The notes below the pieces were generated by a model. That model saw only the letters and a program-made list of their open reading frames with translations, made no database searches and was not told the DNA's origin. A DNA stretch of 35,594 nucleotides from Candidatus Zixiibacteriota bacterium (GTDB lineage Bacteria; Zixibacteria; MSB-5A5; GN15; FEB-12), in NCBI GenBank assembly GCA_046754125.1, contig JBHHVC010000002.1, forward strand, positions 1 through 35,594, written 5' to 3'. Positions 1-8,305 of the stretch are shown in pieces (within the stretch, counting starts at the first letter, position 1; the number at the start of each line of letters is the position of its first letter). A program made the position numbers and the translations under genes.

Positions 1-197
1 ACTCCTCCACTGTCAAAGACTGACTGCAACGCCATCTACGACGCAACACGAGCAAACGCAGTTATTGCATAACCGCGCCAAAACAGAGGGTTGTCCTCTC
101 GCTTTTACTCAAGATCAAGAATGCCAATTCTCACGCCAAAAGTCAAGCACGACTGCTGCACTCGCGTGAGAGTACAGATCGTTCCGTGGCAGTTGGC

Positions 198-231
198 AAA
201 AAAGAAGGAGCCTTCCGAAGAAGGCCCCTCC
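198..231 (-). terminator. Rho-independent terminator of the 257..1183 gene
   Basis: Minus strand reads GGAGGGGCCTTC-TTCG-GAAGGCTCCTTC-TTTTTT: 12-bp stem with G-U pairs, cUUCGg tetraloop and U6 tail, 25 nt after the stop. Confidence 0.9.
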
Positions 232-256
232 AAGCCTGTCAATTTGGACCAGTCAA

Positions 257-1183
257 TTACCGCAACCAGGCGGCCGGTGAGCTTGCCTGACCGCTGTTGC
301 ATGTGTCCGTAACTGTCCATGTAGTTGTACTGTTATTGAAGGTCGTGGTTATGGTGCCGTTGTCGAAGGTGGCTGTTACATGCCAGGTGTCGTTGACGTT
401 CAGCGAGAAGGTACCCCCGCCATCGCCTTGCCCTGCGCAGGAAACGTTGACGGTAGTAATTGCGCTCATAGAACCGCTACTGGGGCACTCGTCGCTATCC
501 AGCACGATCACAACATTGTCTACACTTACCGAATTGTCCAGATTCATATCGCATGAGCCTGCACTGTCGGCAAAAGACAAATCTGCGGTCTCGCTCGTAG
601 TGCCGTTCAGTATGACTGGAACTGTGCTGTCGGGGGTCATGTTAGTGATGTCGAACTGTTGAACACCGGCAAGTACCGCGCTGCCGCCGCGAGCACTGAT
701 ATCCATGTTGGCACGAATCTTCATTGCATCGACGGTCGAATCAAACTCCGCCAGGGGACTTCCTGCATCCAGAATCTGAACGGAATCCGTGCCGGATATA
801 TCGGTGGTATCCAATGTACTGAGGTCAACTACATAGCCATCGAATGTGAAAACATGCCAGCCGTTGGTATAGGTGTATGATACCGAGTCAAAAACTGCGT
901 CGCCTTCCTGGAGGGCAAGGCTCGACACATGAAACTTGCCCGGAGCGCCAAGAGCGGGAACAGAGTCGATAAGGTCGAAACTCAAATCCATTCCCAGCCC
1001 AAAGGATTTCATGAATCCCTCATTGAAGACTGAGTCCTGAACGAACTGGAACTCGACAGCAGTCGTGTCTCCCTGCAATAGCTGGTCTGCACCGGTTGTT
1101 GCCTTGTCATCGCTACATCCGAATCCAATGGCCATCGCCAGTGCAATGACCGGGGCGATTGCAATTCTGGACCGTCGAATCAT
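257..1183 (-). CDS. Hypothetical acidic, beta-rich lipoprotein (308 aa)
   Basis: AGGAGGAG RBS before ATG; basic N-terminus, hydrophobic stretch and lipobox FGC-SDD; Asp/Thr/Ser-rich; terminator downstream. Confidence 0.85.
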   Translation of the reverse strand: MIRRSRIAIAPVIALAMAIGFGCSDDKATTGADQLLQGDTTAVEFQFVQDSVFNEGFMKSFGLGMDLSFDLIDSVPALGAPGKFHVSSLALQEGDAVFDSVSYTYTNGWHVFTFDGYVVDLSTLDTTDISGTDSVQILDAGSPLAEFDSTVDAMKIRANMDISARGGSAVLAGVQQFDITNMTPDSTVPVILNGTTSETADLSFADSAGSCDMNLDNSVSVDNVVIVLDSDECPSSGSMSAITTVNVSCAGQGDGGGTFSLNVNDTWHVTATFDNGTITTTFNNSTTTWTVTDTCNSGQASSPAAWLR

Positions 1184-1237
1184 ACTCTCCTCCTTTGCTC
1201 AGGGGCCAACTAGATTTCGGTATATTTCTTAGGCACT

Positions 1238-1265
1238 AGATCGGCCGACAGAGGGGTGATATTTA
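1238..1265 (-). promoter_or_regulatory. Sigma28/FliA-like promoter candidate
   Basis: TAAA-N16-GCCGATCT upstream of the lipoprotein; the same architecture recurs at 24830..24857. Confidence 0.45.
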
Positions 1266-1434
1266 GGACGAATTGCCTTATCAAACCAATCCTGCCTGAT
1301 AAGGTGTATGAACTGCTTCCGGGCACCATTCCTGCTCTCGGGCCAGACTGGCTGACCGTCGCCGACAGTATCAAGGGAGGGTGTTAGCTCTCTAAAGTGA
1401 TTCTGCTTTTCGAGTCCTTAACCGTATTATTAAC

Positions 1435-1465
1435 AAAAAAAGCGCCCCAAGAAATGGAGCGCTTT
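1435..1465 (-). terminator. Rho-independent terminator of the 1497..2400 gene
   Basis: Minus strand AAAGCGCTCCA-TTTCT-TGGGGCGCTTT followed by further Ts. Confidence 0.8.
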
Positions 1466-1496
1466 GGAGAATCCGGTCAAAATGTGGCTACGAGAT

Positions 1497-2400
1497 CTAC
1501 TCCGAACAGTCGTCGGTTGTTTCCTGCCAGAAAGTAGTGCCGTCGTCGTAGGTAACAGTGATGGATCCGTTGCCATTTGCCACTGCTTTGACATTCCATG
1601 TCCCGTGAATTGACAGCGAATCAGTGCCGATACCACCTTCGCGAGAGCAGGAGAAGTCAAAACTGGCTGTTCCCGTCAATGAACCGGAATTGGGGCAGGC
1701 GTTGCTGTCAGCCGGAAACACCAGTTCGACCAACGTCACATGCTCATCGACTGTAAACTCGCAGCCTACCAGTCCATCGGCAGAGTCTGTCATGTGAGCA
1801 GTGACCTCTTCATCGCCGGTTCCGTCCACTTGCACGAGTGTGTCGATATCGACAATCAAGCGGGTGAAATCGATTCTGTGACGTCCGATAATCTGTGCCG
1901 AGTCAGCTCCCGAATTGAACCGAAAGTCAGCGTGGAGTCGAGTCTTGACCGCCTCGAGGCTGTCCTCAGCCGGGAGATAATTGACTGGCACGCCAAGAAC
2001 GATCAGTTGCACCGAGTCAGTTCCCGTCAGGTTTACCGTATCACCTGCTGTTGGGTCGGTCAGGCGGGCTTTGAAATCGAAGATATGCCAGCCATCCAAA
2101 TAGTCGTAGCTAGTGACGGTGTCAATCGTGACCGAATCTCCCGCGCCCAGAGCGGCCGTCCAGTTCGGCCCTTTACCAGCGGCGCCGATTGGGCCAAACT
2201 GCGTCTCCAGAAGCGAAAAAGAGACCTCAAACGCCTGATCACCGCCTTCAAACAGATCGTCTCCAACCTGACCACTGACAAACTGAAAATCGGGGGAATT
2301 GGTATCTCCCGGTACTAGATTGGTGGTGACGCTGTTGTCATCATCGCGACAGCAACAACACAGCCACGCCCAGTGCGGTTATCAAACCTGCTTTCTTCAT
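1497..2400 (-). pseudogene. Lipoprotein paralogue of 257..1183, frameshifted in the signal peptide (pseudogene or sequencing error)
   Basis: AGGAGG RBS + ATG at 2400 gives MKKAGLITALGVAVLLLSR* (TGA 2343-2341). Another frame is open from ~2378 to 1497 and reads CRDDDNSVTTNLVPGDTNSPDFQFV...DGWHIFDF...GTDSVQ...CPNSGS...W, aligning with the neighbour (CSDDK..GDT...FQFV..GWHVFTF..GTDSVQ..CPSSGS). Confidence 0.8.
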
Positions 2401-2506
2401 AATACCTCCTGCCACTTTTCGGCGGTTTGAATAATGATATACCTATTAGACTGGTAAGTACACAAATAGGTTTCAGGTATCTAAAAACTGATTTGTTCCT
2501 GGCGGC

Positions 2507-3730
2507 TCAACGATTGCCGCTGCTCTGGCCCCATGCTTGTGGTCCACCATAGATGCCAAGGTGCGACACAGAGCCATCGGGATTATAGATTGCGCTGTCC
2601 CCGGCATTTACTGCCGGTGAATCCTTCTGTAATCGATAGTTGCCTTCACCAACGAAAAGCGGATCTATATCCTGGTTTCCATTCAGGCCGGATTGATCCC
2701 AGATGTCCTCATAGTTTCCTGCTTTGTTGTTCCAGACAATGTTATGTGCAAACTCCCACTTAGCCCAGTCGCCATAGTTCCAGACCCCGACACAGGGGCA
2801 GACCCATTTGTCGCGCCACCCGTTTTCGGTAATAATGTTATTGACTATACGGCCGCGCGATTCGGTCGACCAGGGAGCTACCCCGCAATTACCGTTATGG
2901 TGAACCACGTTGTTTGCGATGTCCATATACGACTTTCCAGTGGCGACGATTCCCCAGCCCAGGTTGTCGTGGACAAGATTGTTGTGGGCAATCACCCAGG
3001 CCGTCCCGAATGCGCCTATACCCTTCCAGTAACCTGAAATCTTATTTCGATAGGCCATAACGCAGGCATCCCATGTAACGCCGATGCCCGCGCCGCGACC
3101 GTCCTTGATCAGGCAATCAGAGATATTTGCCGAGGCGCCACGATACAATGCAATACCATCCCAACCGTTGTTCATGATACTACAGCCCGAAATCGTCAAT
3201 TCAGCTCCTTCACGTCCGAAAATTCCACCTATACCCACTATTACTGTCGTGTCATCCGAGCGGTTGTCGTTGTCGAGAATCCTGACATTCTCTATTGTCA
3301 CACGAGAACGCCGCACGACGATTGCGGCGTCGGTGGCATTCCCATCACTGTCTCGTCGACCGCCGGTGATGGTCAGATTCTTAACCACCGATCCGTTCGA
3401 GTTTTCAAAATAGAGGCCATAGCCGGCATTCGTAATGAGTCGACTACGTTTGTTGCCAATTAGAACCAGTGCTTTGCCCTTCACAACGAACCCGTAGCTG
3501 GCTTTCACCTCGGTACTCGGATCGAGACAGTTGCCGCACAATGGATCGACAAACTCGGTCGCTTTCGCCTGGAAATCCTTGTTGCCAATAATGAGTGTAT
3601 CACCATCGGCAGCGTAGTTTATGGCAGCCTGAAGATCGGAGCCCCGATCAACGGTGTAGACAGCGGCGATGACGTGCGGACCGAGAAAAAGAACAACTGC
3701 AAGTAATAGAACCAACTTTGGATATCTCAT
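2507..3730 (-). CDS. Secreted right-handed parallel beta-helix (pectin-lyase-like) protein (407 aa)
   Basis: Signal peptide, LQAAIN.A..GDT.II start motif, repeated I.NN/GI rungs, C-terminal DPLFV..NYRLQ.DSPAVNAG motif. Confidence 0.85.
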   Translation of the reverse strand: MRYPKLVLLLAVVLFLGPHVIAAVYTVDRGSDLQAAINYAADGDTLIIGNKDFQAKATEFVDPLCGNCLDPSTEVKASYGFVVKGKALVLIGNKRSRLITNAGYGLYFENSNGSVVKNLTITGGRRDSDGNATDAAIVVRRSRVTIENVRILDNDNRSDDTTVIVGIGGIFGREGAELTISGCSIMNNGWDGIALYRGASANISDCLIKDGRGAGIGVTWDACVMAYRNKISGYWKGIGAFGTAWVIAHNNLVHDNLGWGIVATGKSYMDIANNVVHHNGNCGVAPWSTESRGRIVNNIITENGWRDKWVCPCVGVWNYGDWAKWEFAHNIVWNNKAGNYEDIWDQSGLNGNQDIDPLFVGEGNYRLQKDSPAVNAGDSAIYNPDGSVSHLGIYGGPQAWGQSSGNR

Positions 3731-3736
3731 GCGGCT

Positions 3737-3765
3737 ACACTATCGAATTTGCCTGCACCGTGCAA
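3737..3765 (-). promoter_or_regulatory. Sigma70-type promoter, leaderless configuration
   Basis: TTGCAC-N17-TAGTGT-N6-ATG(3730); no Shine-Dalgarno. Confidence 0.5.
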
Positions 3766-3847
3766 GGAAAATCGACGCCTTCGAGTTACTTACCAGGGCG
3801 TTTTTTTTCTTGCCAACAGCAGCGCTAGCGGTTACGTACCATTGTAA

Positions 3848-3861
3848 TTACCTTAGGGTAA
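3848..3861. promoter_or_regulatory. Putative MntR/DtxR operator
   Basis: Inverted repeat TTACC-TTAG-GGTAA 21 nt before the regulator ATG, nested in a wider TTACGTAC...GTACGTAA palindrome (3832-3869). Confidence 0.55.
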
Positions 3862-3882
3862 GTACGTAATACGGAAAGCGTA

Positions 3883-4368
3883 ATGCTGACAGCAACACAA
3901 CAGGATTACATAGAAGTGATTTACCAGTTAATCACACAACATCCCCCGGGGGGGGTGCGTGTCAGCGATATCGCCGGACGGTTGGGAACACGTATGCCCA
4001 CAGTCACGCGTACTGTCCGCAAACTGACTCAACTCGGATTTCTGGTTCACCAGCCACGCCGATCAGTTGAACTTACGGCCAAAGGGACAAAGGTAGCGCG
4101 GGCCATCCGGCATCGCCACGAAGACCTGGTTACTTTTTTTACGGAAATCCTCAACTTGCCTTTGTCCCGTTCTGAGGCGGACGCCTGCCAGATTGAGCAT
4201 GGACTCTCGGTACAAAGCTCGCAGCGGCTGCATGAATTTCTGAACTACGTCGGGGAGCTCAGTGACGAGCAGCGACAGATCATTATGGCCTTTCGCAGCA
4301 GAAAAAGACGCGGAAGCAATGAATTTCGCCACCTGCCAAAGCAGAAAGTGGACGGATGGAGGGGGTAG
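3883..4368 (+). CDS. mntR: DtxR/MntR-family metal-dependent repressor
   Basis: QDYIEVIY, winged HTH (VSDIA.RLG...PTVT), LT..G...A, RH, ACQIEH; first gene of a metal ABC operon. Confidence 0.9.
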   Translation: MLTATQQDYIEVIYQLITQHPPGGVRVSDIAGRLGTRMPTVTRTVRKLTQLGFLVHQPRRSVELTAKGTKVARAIRHRHEDLVTFFTEILNLPLSRSEADACQIEHGLSVQSSQRLHEFLNYVGELSDEQRQIIMAFRSRKRRGSNEFRHLPKQKVDGWRG

Positions 4369-5297
4369 TGCGCTATAAATCACTAGCGGCCGTTTTCTTG
4401 ATATTGATGTCAGTTGCCATCAGCCTGTGCGGTTGTAACAAAACAACCCGCAAGCGCGGTAGTATGCTCAATATCGTGGCCACCACCAGTATGATCGCCG
4501 ATGCAGTGCGAACCATTGCCGGGGACAAGGTACATTTGGTAGCCCTGATGGGTCCGGGTGTCGATCCGCATTCGTACAAACCTACTAAAGGCGACATGGA
4601 CCGTTTGGGCGAGGCAGATATAGTCTTTTTCAACGGTCTGTTCTTGGAGGCTAAGATGGCCGAGATGCTCAAGAAGATGGGGCGATCGAGAGCCACGGTC
4701 GCGGCCGGTGAGGCAATTCCCGACTCGCTGCGTTGCTACCCGTCGGAGTTTGAAGGCCATCCCGATCCGCATGTATGGTTCGACATGTCTCTCTGGCAGC
4801 GGGTAGTCGACACCATAGGAACCGTTCTGGAATTGCGCGACAAAACTAACGCAGAGTGGTACCGTGCCAACCGCTCTGCATTCATCGACAGTCTGAACGA
4901 GTTACACAACTGGGTAGGAAGCCAAGTTGGCCTGATCGATTCTGCGCACCGTGTGCTTGTAACAGCGCACGACGCCTTCGGGTATTTTGGACGCGCCTAT
5001 GACATAGAGGTAGAAGGACTCCAGGGTATTTCAACGGTGACGGAGGCGGGGCTCTATGATGTAACAAAGATGGTTGACATGATTGTGAGCCGCAGGATCA
5101 AGGCTGTCTTTGTTGAGTCGTCGGTACCGCGCAAATCGATCGAGGCTGTTGTCGAGGGTTGCAGATCGCAGGGCCACGACGTGGTCATCGGCGGAGAGCT
5201 GTATTCCGACGCGATGGGCGAGCCGGGAACAGAAGAAGGAACATATTTTGGGATGGTCAGACACAACGTGCGCACGATAGTCGAGGCACTTAGATGA
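4356..5297 (+). CDS. troA: Mn/Zn/Fe ABC transporter substrate-binding lipoprotein (TroA/MntA family); start may be GTG 4368
   Basis: Lipobox LCGC; GVDPH.Y, DPHVW, HDAF.YF, LYSDAMG motifs of cluster A-I binding proteins. Confidence 0.93.
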   Translation: MEGVVRYKSLAAVFLILMSVAISLCGCNKTTRKRGSMLNIVATTSMIADAVRTIAGDKVHLVALMGPGVDPHSYKPTKGDMDRLGEADIVFFNGLFLEAKMAEMLKKMGRSRATVAAGEAIPDSLRCYPSEFEGHPDPHVWFDMSLWQRVVDTIGTVLELRDKTNAEWYRANRSAFIDSLNELHNWVGSQVGLIDSAHRVLVTAHDAFGYFGRAYDIEVEGLQGISTVTEAGLYDVTKMVDMIVSRRIKAVFVESSVPRKSIEAVVEGCRSQGHDVVIGGELYSDAMGEPGTEEGTYFGMVRHNVRTIVEALR

Positions 5298-6082
5298 CGG
5301 AGAAGACGATCGACAAACAAGGCGGAGAGATTGCTCCAATTGAAGTGCACGATCTGACCGTTGCTTACAGGAAGCGGCCCGTATTATGGGATATAGATTT
5401 CTCGTTACCCAACGGGAAACTGATCGGTCTGGTGGGGCCGAACGGTGCCGGTAAATCGACACTGATCAAAGCGATAATGGGACTCATGCCACTGTTGTCC
5501 GGCTTCGTCAAGATATACGGAGAAACTCTCGACCGTCACAGGCAAAGGGTGGCTTACGTGCCGCAGCGAGAATCTGTCGACTGGGACTTTCCTACTAACG
5601 CGCTGGATGTTGTGACAATGGGGCGTTACGGTCGCCTGACACTGTTTGGGCGACCGTCTGGCAGCGATCGGAAGGCTGCTTTGGAAGCGCTCGAAAAGGT
5701 CGGGATGAGCGATCTGGCTCATCGGCAGATCAGTCAGCTTTCAGGTGGTCAACAGCAGCGAGTGTTTCTTGCACGCGCACTGGTGCAGGGTGCGGATGTC
5801 TACCTGATGGACGAGCCGTTTGCCGGAGTCGATGCCGCAACCGAAAAGGCGATCGTCGAATTGCTCAAAGACCTCAAGGCGCGGTCGAAGACAGTGCTGG
5901 TAGTGCATCATGATTTGCATACGGTTCCGGAATACTTCGATTGGGTGATGTTTCTCAATATGCGGTTAGTGAAGTTTGGAAGGACAAAGGACGTATTCAC
6001 TGATGATAATCTACGCCTGACCTATGGAGGACAGTTGAATATCCTCAGTGAAGTGGCCGAAAAGGTGGGGCGTCGACGGTAA
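5294..6082 (+). CDS. troB: Metal ABC transporter ATP-binding protein
   Basis: Walker A GPNGAGKST, LSGGQQQR, Walker B LMDEP, HHD; ATGA overlap with troA. Confidence 0.95.
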   Translation: MTEKTIDKQGGEIAPIEVHDLTVAYRKRPVLWDIDFSLPNGKLIGLVGPNGAGKSTLIKAIMGLMPLLSGFVKIYGETLDRHRQRVAYVPQRESVDWDFPTNALDVVTMGRYGRLTLFGRPSGSDRKAALEALEKVGMSDLAHRQISQLSGGQQQRVFLARALVQGADVYLMDEPFAGVDAATEKAIVELLKDLKARSKTVLVVHHDLHTVPEYFDWVMFLNMRLVKFGRTKDVFTDDNLRLTYGGQLNILSEVAEKVGRRR

Positions 6083-6093
6083 AAAGGACGTGC

Positions 6094-7413
6094 GTGGTGG
6101 ATTTCTGGGACCTTACAATTCGGTTTTTTTCGCTGACCGATGCCAACGTTCGTCACGTTCTGGCCGGATCAGTACTTCTCGGCGGCGCTGCCGGGGGGCT
6201 AGGTTGCTTTGCTTACCTTCAAAAGCGATCGCTGATTGGCGATGCTCTAGCTCATGCCGCGCTGCCGGGAGTAGCCCTTGCGTTCATTGTGGTCGGGCAG
6301 AAAGAGCTGCTATGGCTGTTGCTCGGCGCCGCAGCAACCGGCTGGTTGGGCGCAATCAGTGTCAATCTGATAGCGCGTTACAGTAGAATCAAGCCGGACG
6401 CCGCTCTTGGTATTGTGTTGTCTGTGTTCTTTGGTCTCGGCATAGTTCTGCTGACATCCATTCAAAAATCCGGATCCGGCTCGCTGGCCGGTTTAGACAA
6501 GTTCCTCTTCGGCCAGGCCTCGGCTATGGCTGCTGAGGATGTCCGAATTCTTGCTGTAGTCGGCCTGTCGATGCTGGGGGCTGTCTTTGTTTTCTTCCCG
6601 CGATTGAAACTCGTCGCCTTCGATCCGGAGGCAGCACGAGTTCTTGGAATAAGAGTTGGCTGGTGGGAGTTCTTTATTACAACCATGATTGTCTTTTCTG
6701 TTACAATCGGTCTGCAGGCTGTCGGCGTGGTCCTGATGGCTGCATTGTTGATCACGCCGGCCGCGTCCGCGCGGCAATGGACCGACCGCCTTCCGACAAT
6801 GATTATATTTGCCTCAGTATTCGGGATGATTGCCGGGCTGGTTGGGGCCTATGTCTCGTTTCTGGCTCCGCGCTTTCCTACCGGCCCATGGATCGTTGTG
6901 GCGGTTTCAGTCATCTTCGGTATCTCGCTGCTCTTTGCACCGGGGCGGGGAGTCGTCAGTCGGATGAGGCAACTCTGGATGAGCCGTGGCAAAATGACGA
7001 GAGAACACATTCTTAAAGTACTTTTTCGTTCGGGCCAGACGGCAGGCGAGTACCAGGTCAGATACTCAATGAAGCAGATCGGCCGCATGTGGTCGTTCGA
7101 TGCGAGAGGTCTTCGGAGGGGACTTGCACAACTCGTACGCAGCGGCGCGTTGGACAAAGAAGTTGACGGATTCACACTAACAGAAAGTGGCATGATCGAA
7201 GGTGCGAGAGTGCTACGATTGCACCGACTTTGGGAAGTTTACCTGACACGCTTTCTTGACCTGCCGCAGGACCATGTCCATCGCGACGCAGAAGAGATGG
7301 AACATATAATTACTCCCGAAATCGAGGCGCAACTCGAAGGGCTGCTCGACCAACCGGAGTTCGATCCCCACCGCCAGGAGATTCCCTACATCGGTCGGAA
7401 GGACACGACATGA
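6094..7413 (+). CDS. troC: Metal ABC permease (ABC-3 family) fused to a C-terminal DtxR-like domain
   Basis: GDALAHAALPG, FLFGQ, AFDPE.A, AVGVVLM permease motifs; C-terminal ~140 aa with LTESG...G..V.RLHRLWEVYL...VHRDAEEMEH...P.FDPH...IP. Confidence 0.9.
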   Translation: MVDFWDLTIRFFSLTDANVRHVLAGSVLLGGAAGGLGCFAYLQKRSLIGDALAHAALPGVALAFIVVGQKELLWLLLGAAATGWLGAISVNLIARYSRIKPDAALGIVLSVFFGLGIVLLTSIQKSGSGSLAGLDKFLFGQASAMAAEDVRILAVVGLSMLGAVFVFFPRLKLVAFDPEAARVLGIRVGWWEFFITTMIVFSVTIGLQAVGVVLMAALLITPAASARQWTDRLPTMIIFASVFGMIAGLVGAYVSFLAPRFPTGPWIVVAVSVIFGISLLFAPGRGVVSRMRQLWMSRGKMTREHILKVLFRSGQTAGEYQVRYSMKQIGRMWSFDARGLRRGLAQLVRSGALDKEVDGFTLTESGMIEGARVLRLHRLWEVYLTRFLDLPQDHVHRDAEEMEHIITPEIEAQLEGLLDQPEFDPHRQEIPYIGRKDTT

Positions 7414-8300
7414 CAGCTGACGCGTGGGTTATCCTGACAGCCGTGTTAGCGGCCACCGCCTGCGGCCTGATAGGCAGTTTCTTAGTGCTGCGACAGAATG
7501 CAATGCTTGGCGATGCTATCTCTCATGCCGTGCTCCCCGGGCTGGTTTTGGCCTTCCTGATTACATCGAGCCGACATGTCGTGCCGATGCTGATCGGTGC
7601 CGGCGTGATGGGACTGGTAACTGCCTATCTCACCGAGCTCCTTGCGAGGAGCAATCGACTGTACAAGGATGCTGCACTTGGCGTAGTTTTCACGTTCCTG
7701 TTTTCGGTCGGCGTCATCCTGATTGCGAGGTACGCCGGGTCGGTCGATCTTGATCAGGAATGTGTACTTTATGGTGAAATAGCATACACGCCATACGACA
7801 CATTTGTTGTCGGCGGCACTGACTTCGGCCCGAGGGCGACGTGGATCCTTGGCGGAGTGCTGCTGGCCAACATTCTTTTCATAGGGCTGTTTTACAAACA
7901 GCTCAAGATCACATCATTCGACCCCACTACTGCTGATGCCATTGGAATATCGTCGCGCCTGTGGCATTACCTGCTTATGACTATGGTATCAATGACGGTT
8001 GTGGCAGCGTTCGAGTCGGTGGGAGCCATCCTGGTTGTGGCAATGCTAATAATCCCGGGAGCCACCGCATATCTCTTGTCCAACAGACTTATATTTGTCC
8101 TGCTTCTATCGGTACTGGTTGGAAGTGCCTGTGCAGTCCTTGGATTTATTGGCGCCACCTATTTCGATACTTCAATTGCGGGGTTTATGGCTGTGTCGGG
8201 TGGCTTGTTGTTCGTGCTGACACTTACCGGCGTATCAGTAGCTCGCCTGTATGTACGCAAGCACATGTCACCGGACCCAACAATCAGCCAGACAGTCTAA
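7410..8300 (+). CDS. troD: Metal ABC permease (ABC-3 family)
   Basis: GDAISHAVLPG, VLYGEI, SFDP, AFESVGAILV; ATGA overlap with troC. Confidence 0.92.
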   Translation: MTADAWVILTAVLAATACGLIGSFLVLRQNAMLGDAISHAVLPGLVLAFLITSSRHVVPMLIGAGVMGLVTAYLTELLARSNRLYKDAALGVVFTFLFSVGVILIARYAGSVDLDQECVLYGEIAYTPYDTFVVGGTDFGPRATWILGGVLLANILFIGLFYKQLKITSFDPTTADAIGISSRLWHYLLMTMVSMTVVAAFESVGAILVVAMLIIPGATAYLLSNRLIFVLLLSVLVGSACAVLGFIGATYFDTSIAGFMAVSGGLLFVLTLTGVSVARLYVRKHMSPDPTISQTV

Positions 8301-8305
8301 GCAAT

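Noticed and set aside
66-141. Possible sigma54 promoters on the minus strand (TGGCGCGGTTATGCA; TGGCGTGAGAATTGG) ahead of an RBS at 1-8
   Set aside because: The first has GG-N9-GC instead of N10 and the second lacks the -12 GC; the downstream gene is outside the window
7961-8305. N-terminal 115 aa of the 483-aa ORF
   Set aside because: Out-of-frame overlap with the well-supported troD; domain-like sequence starts only after the troD stop
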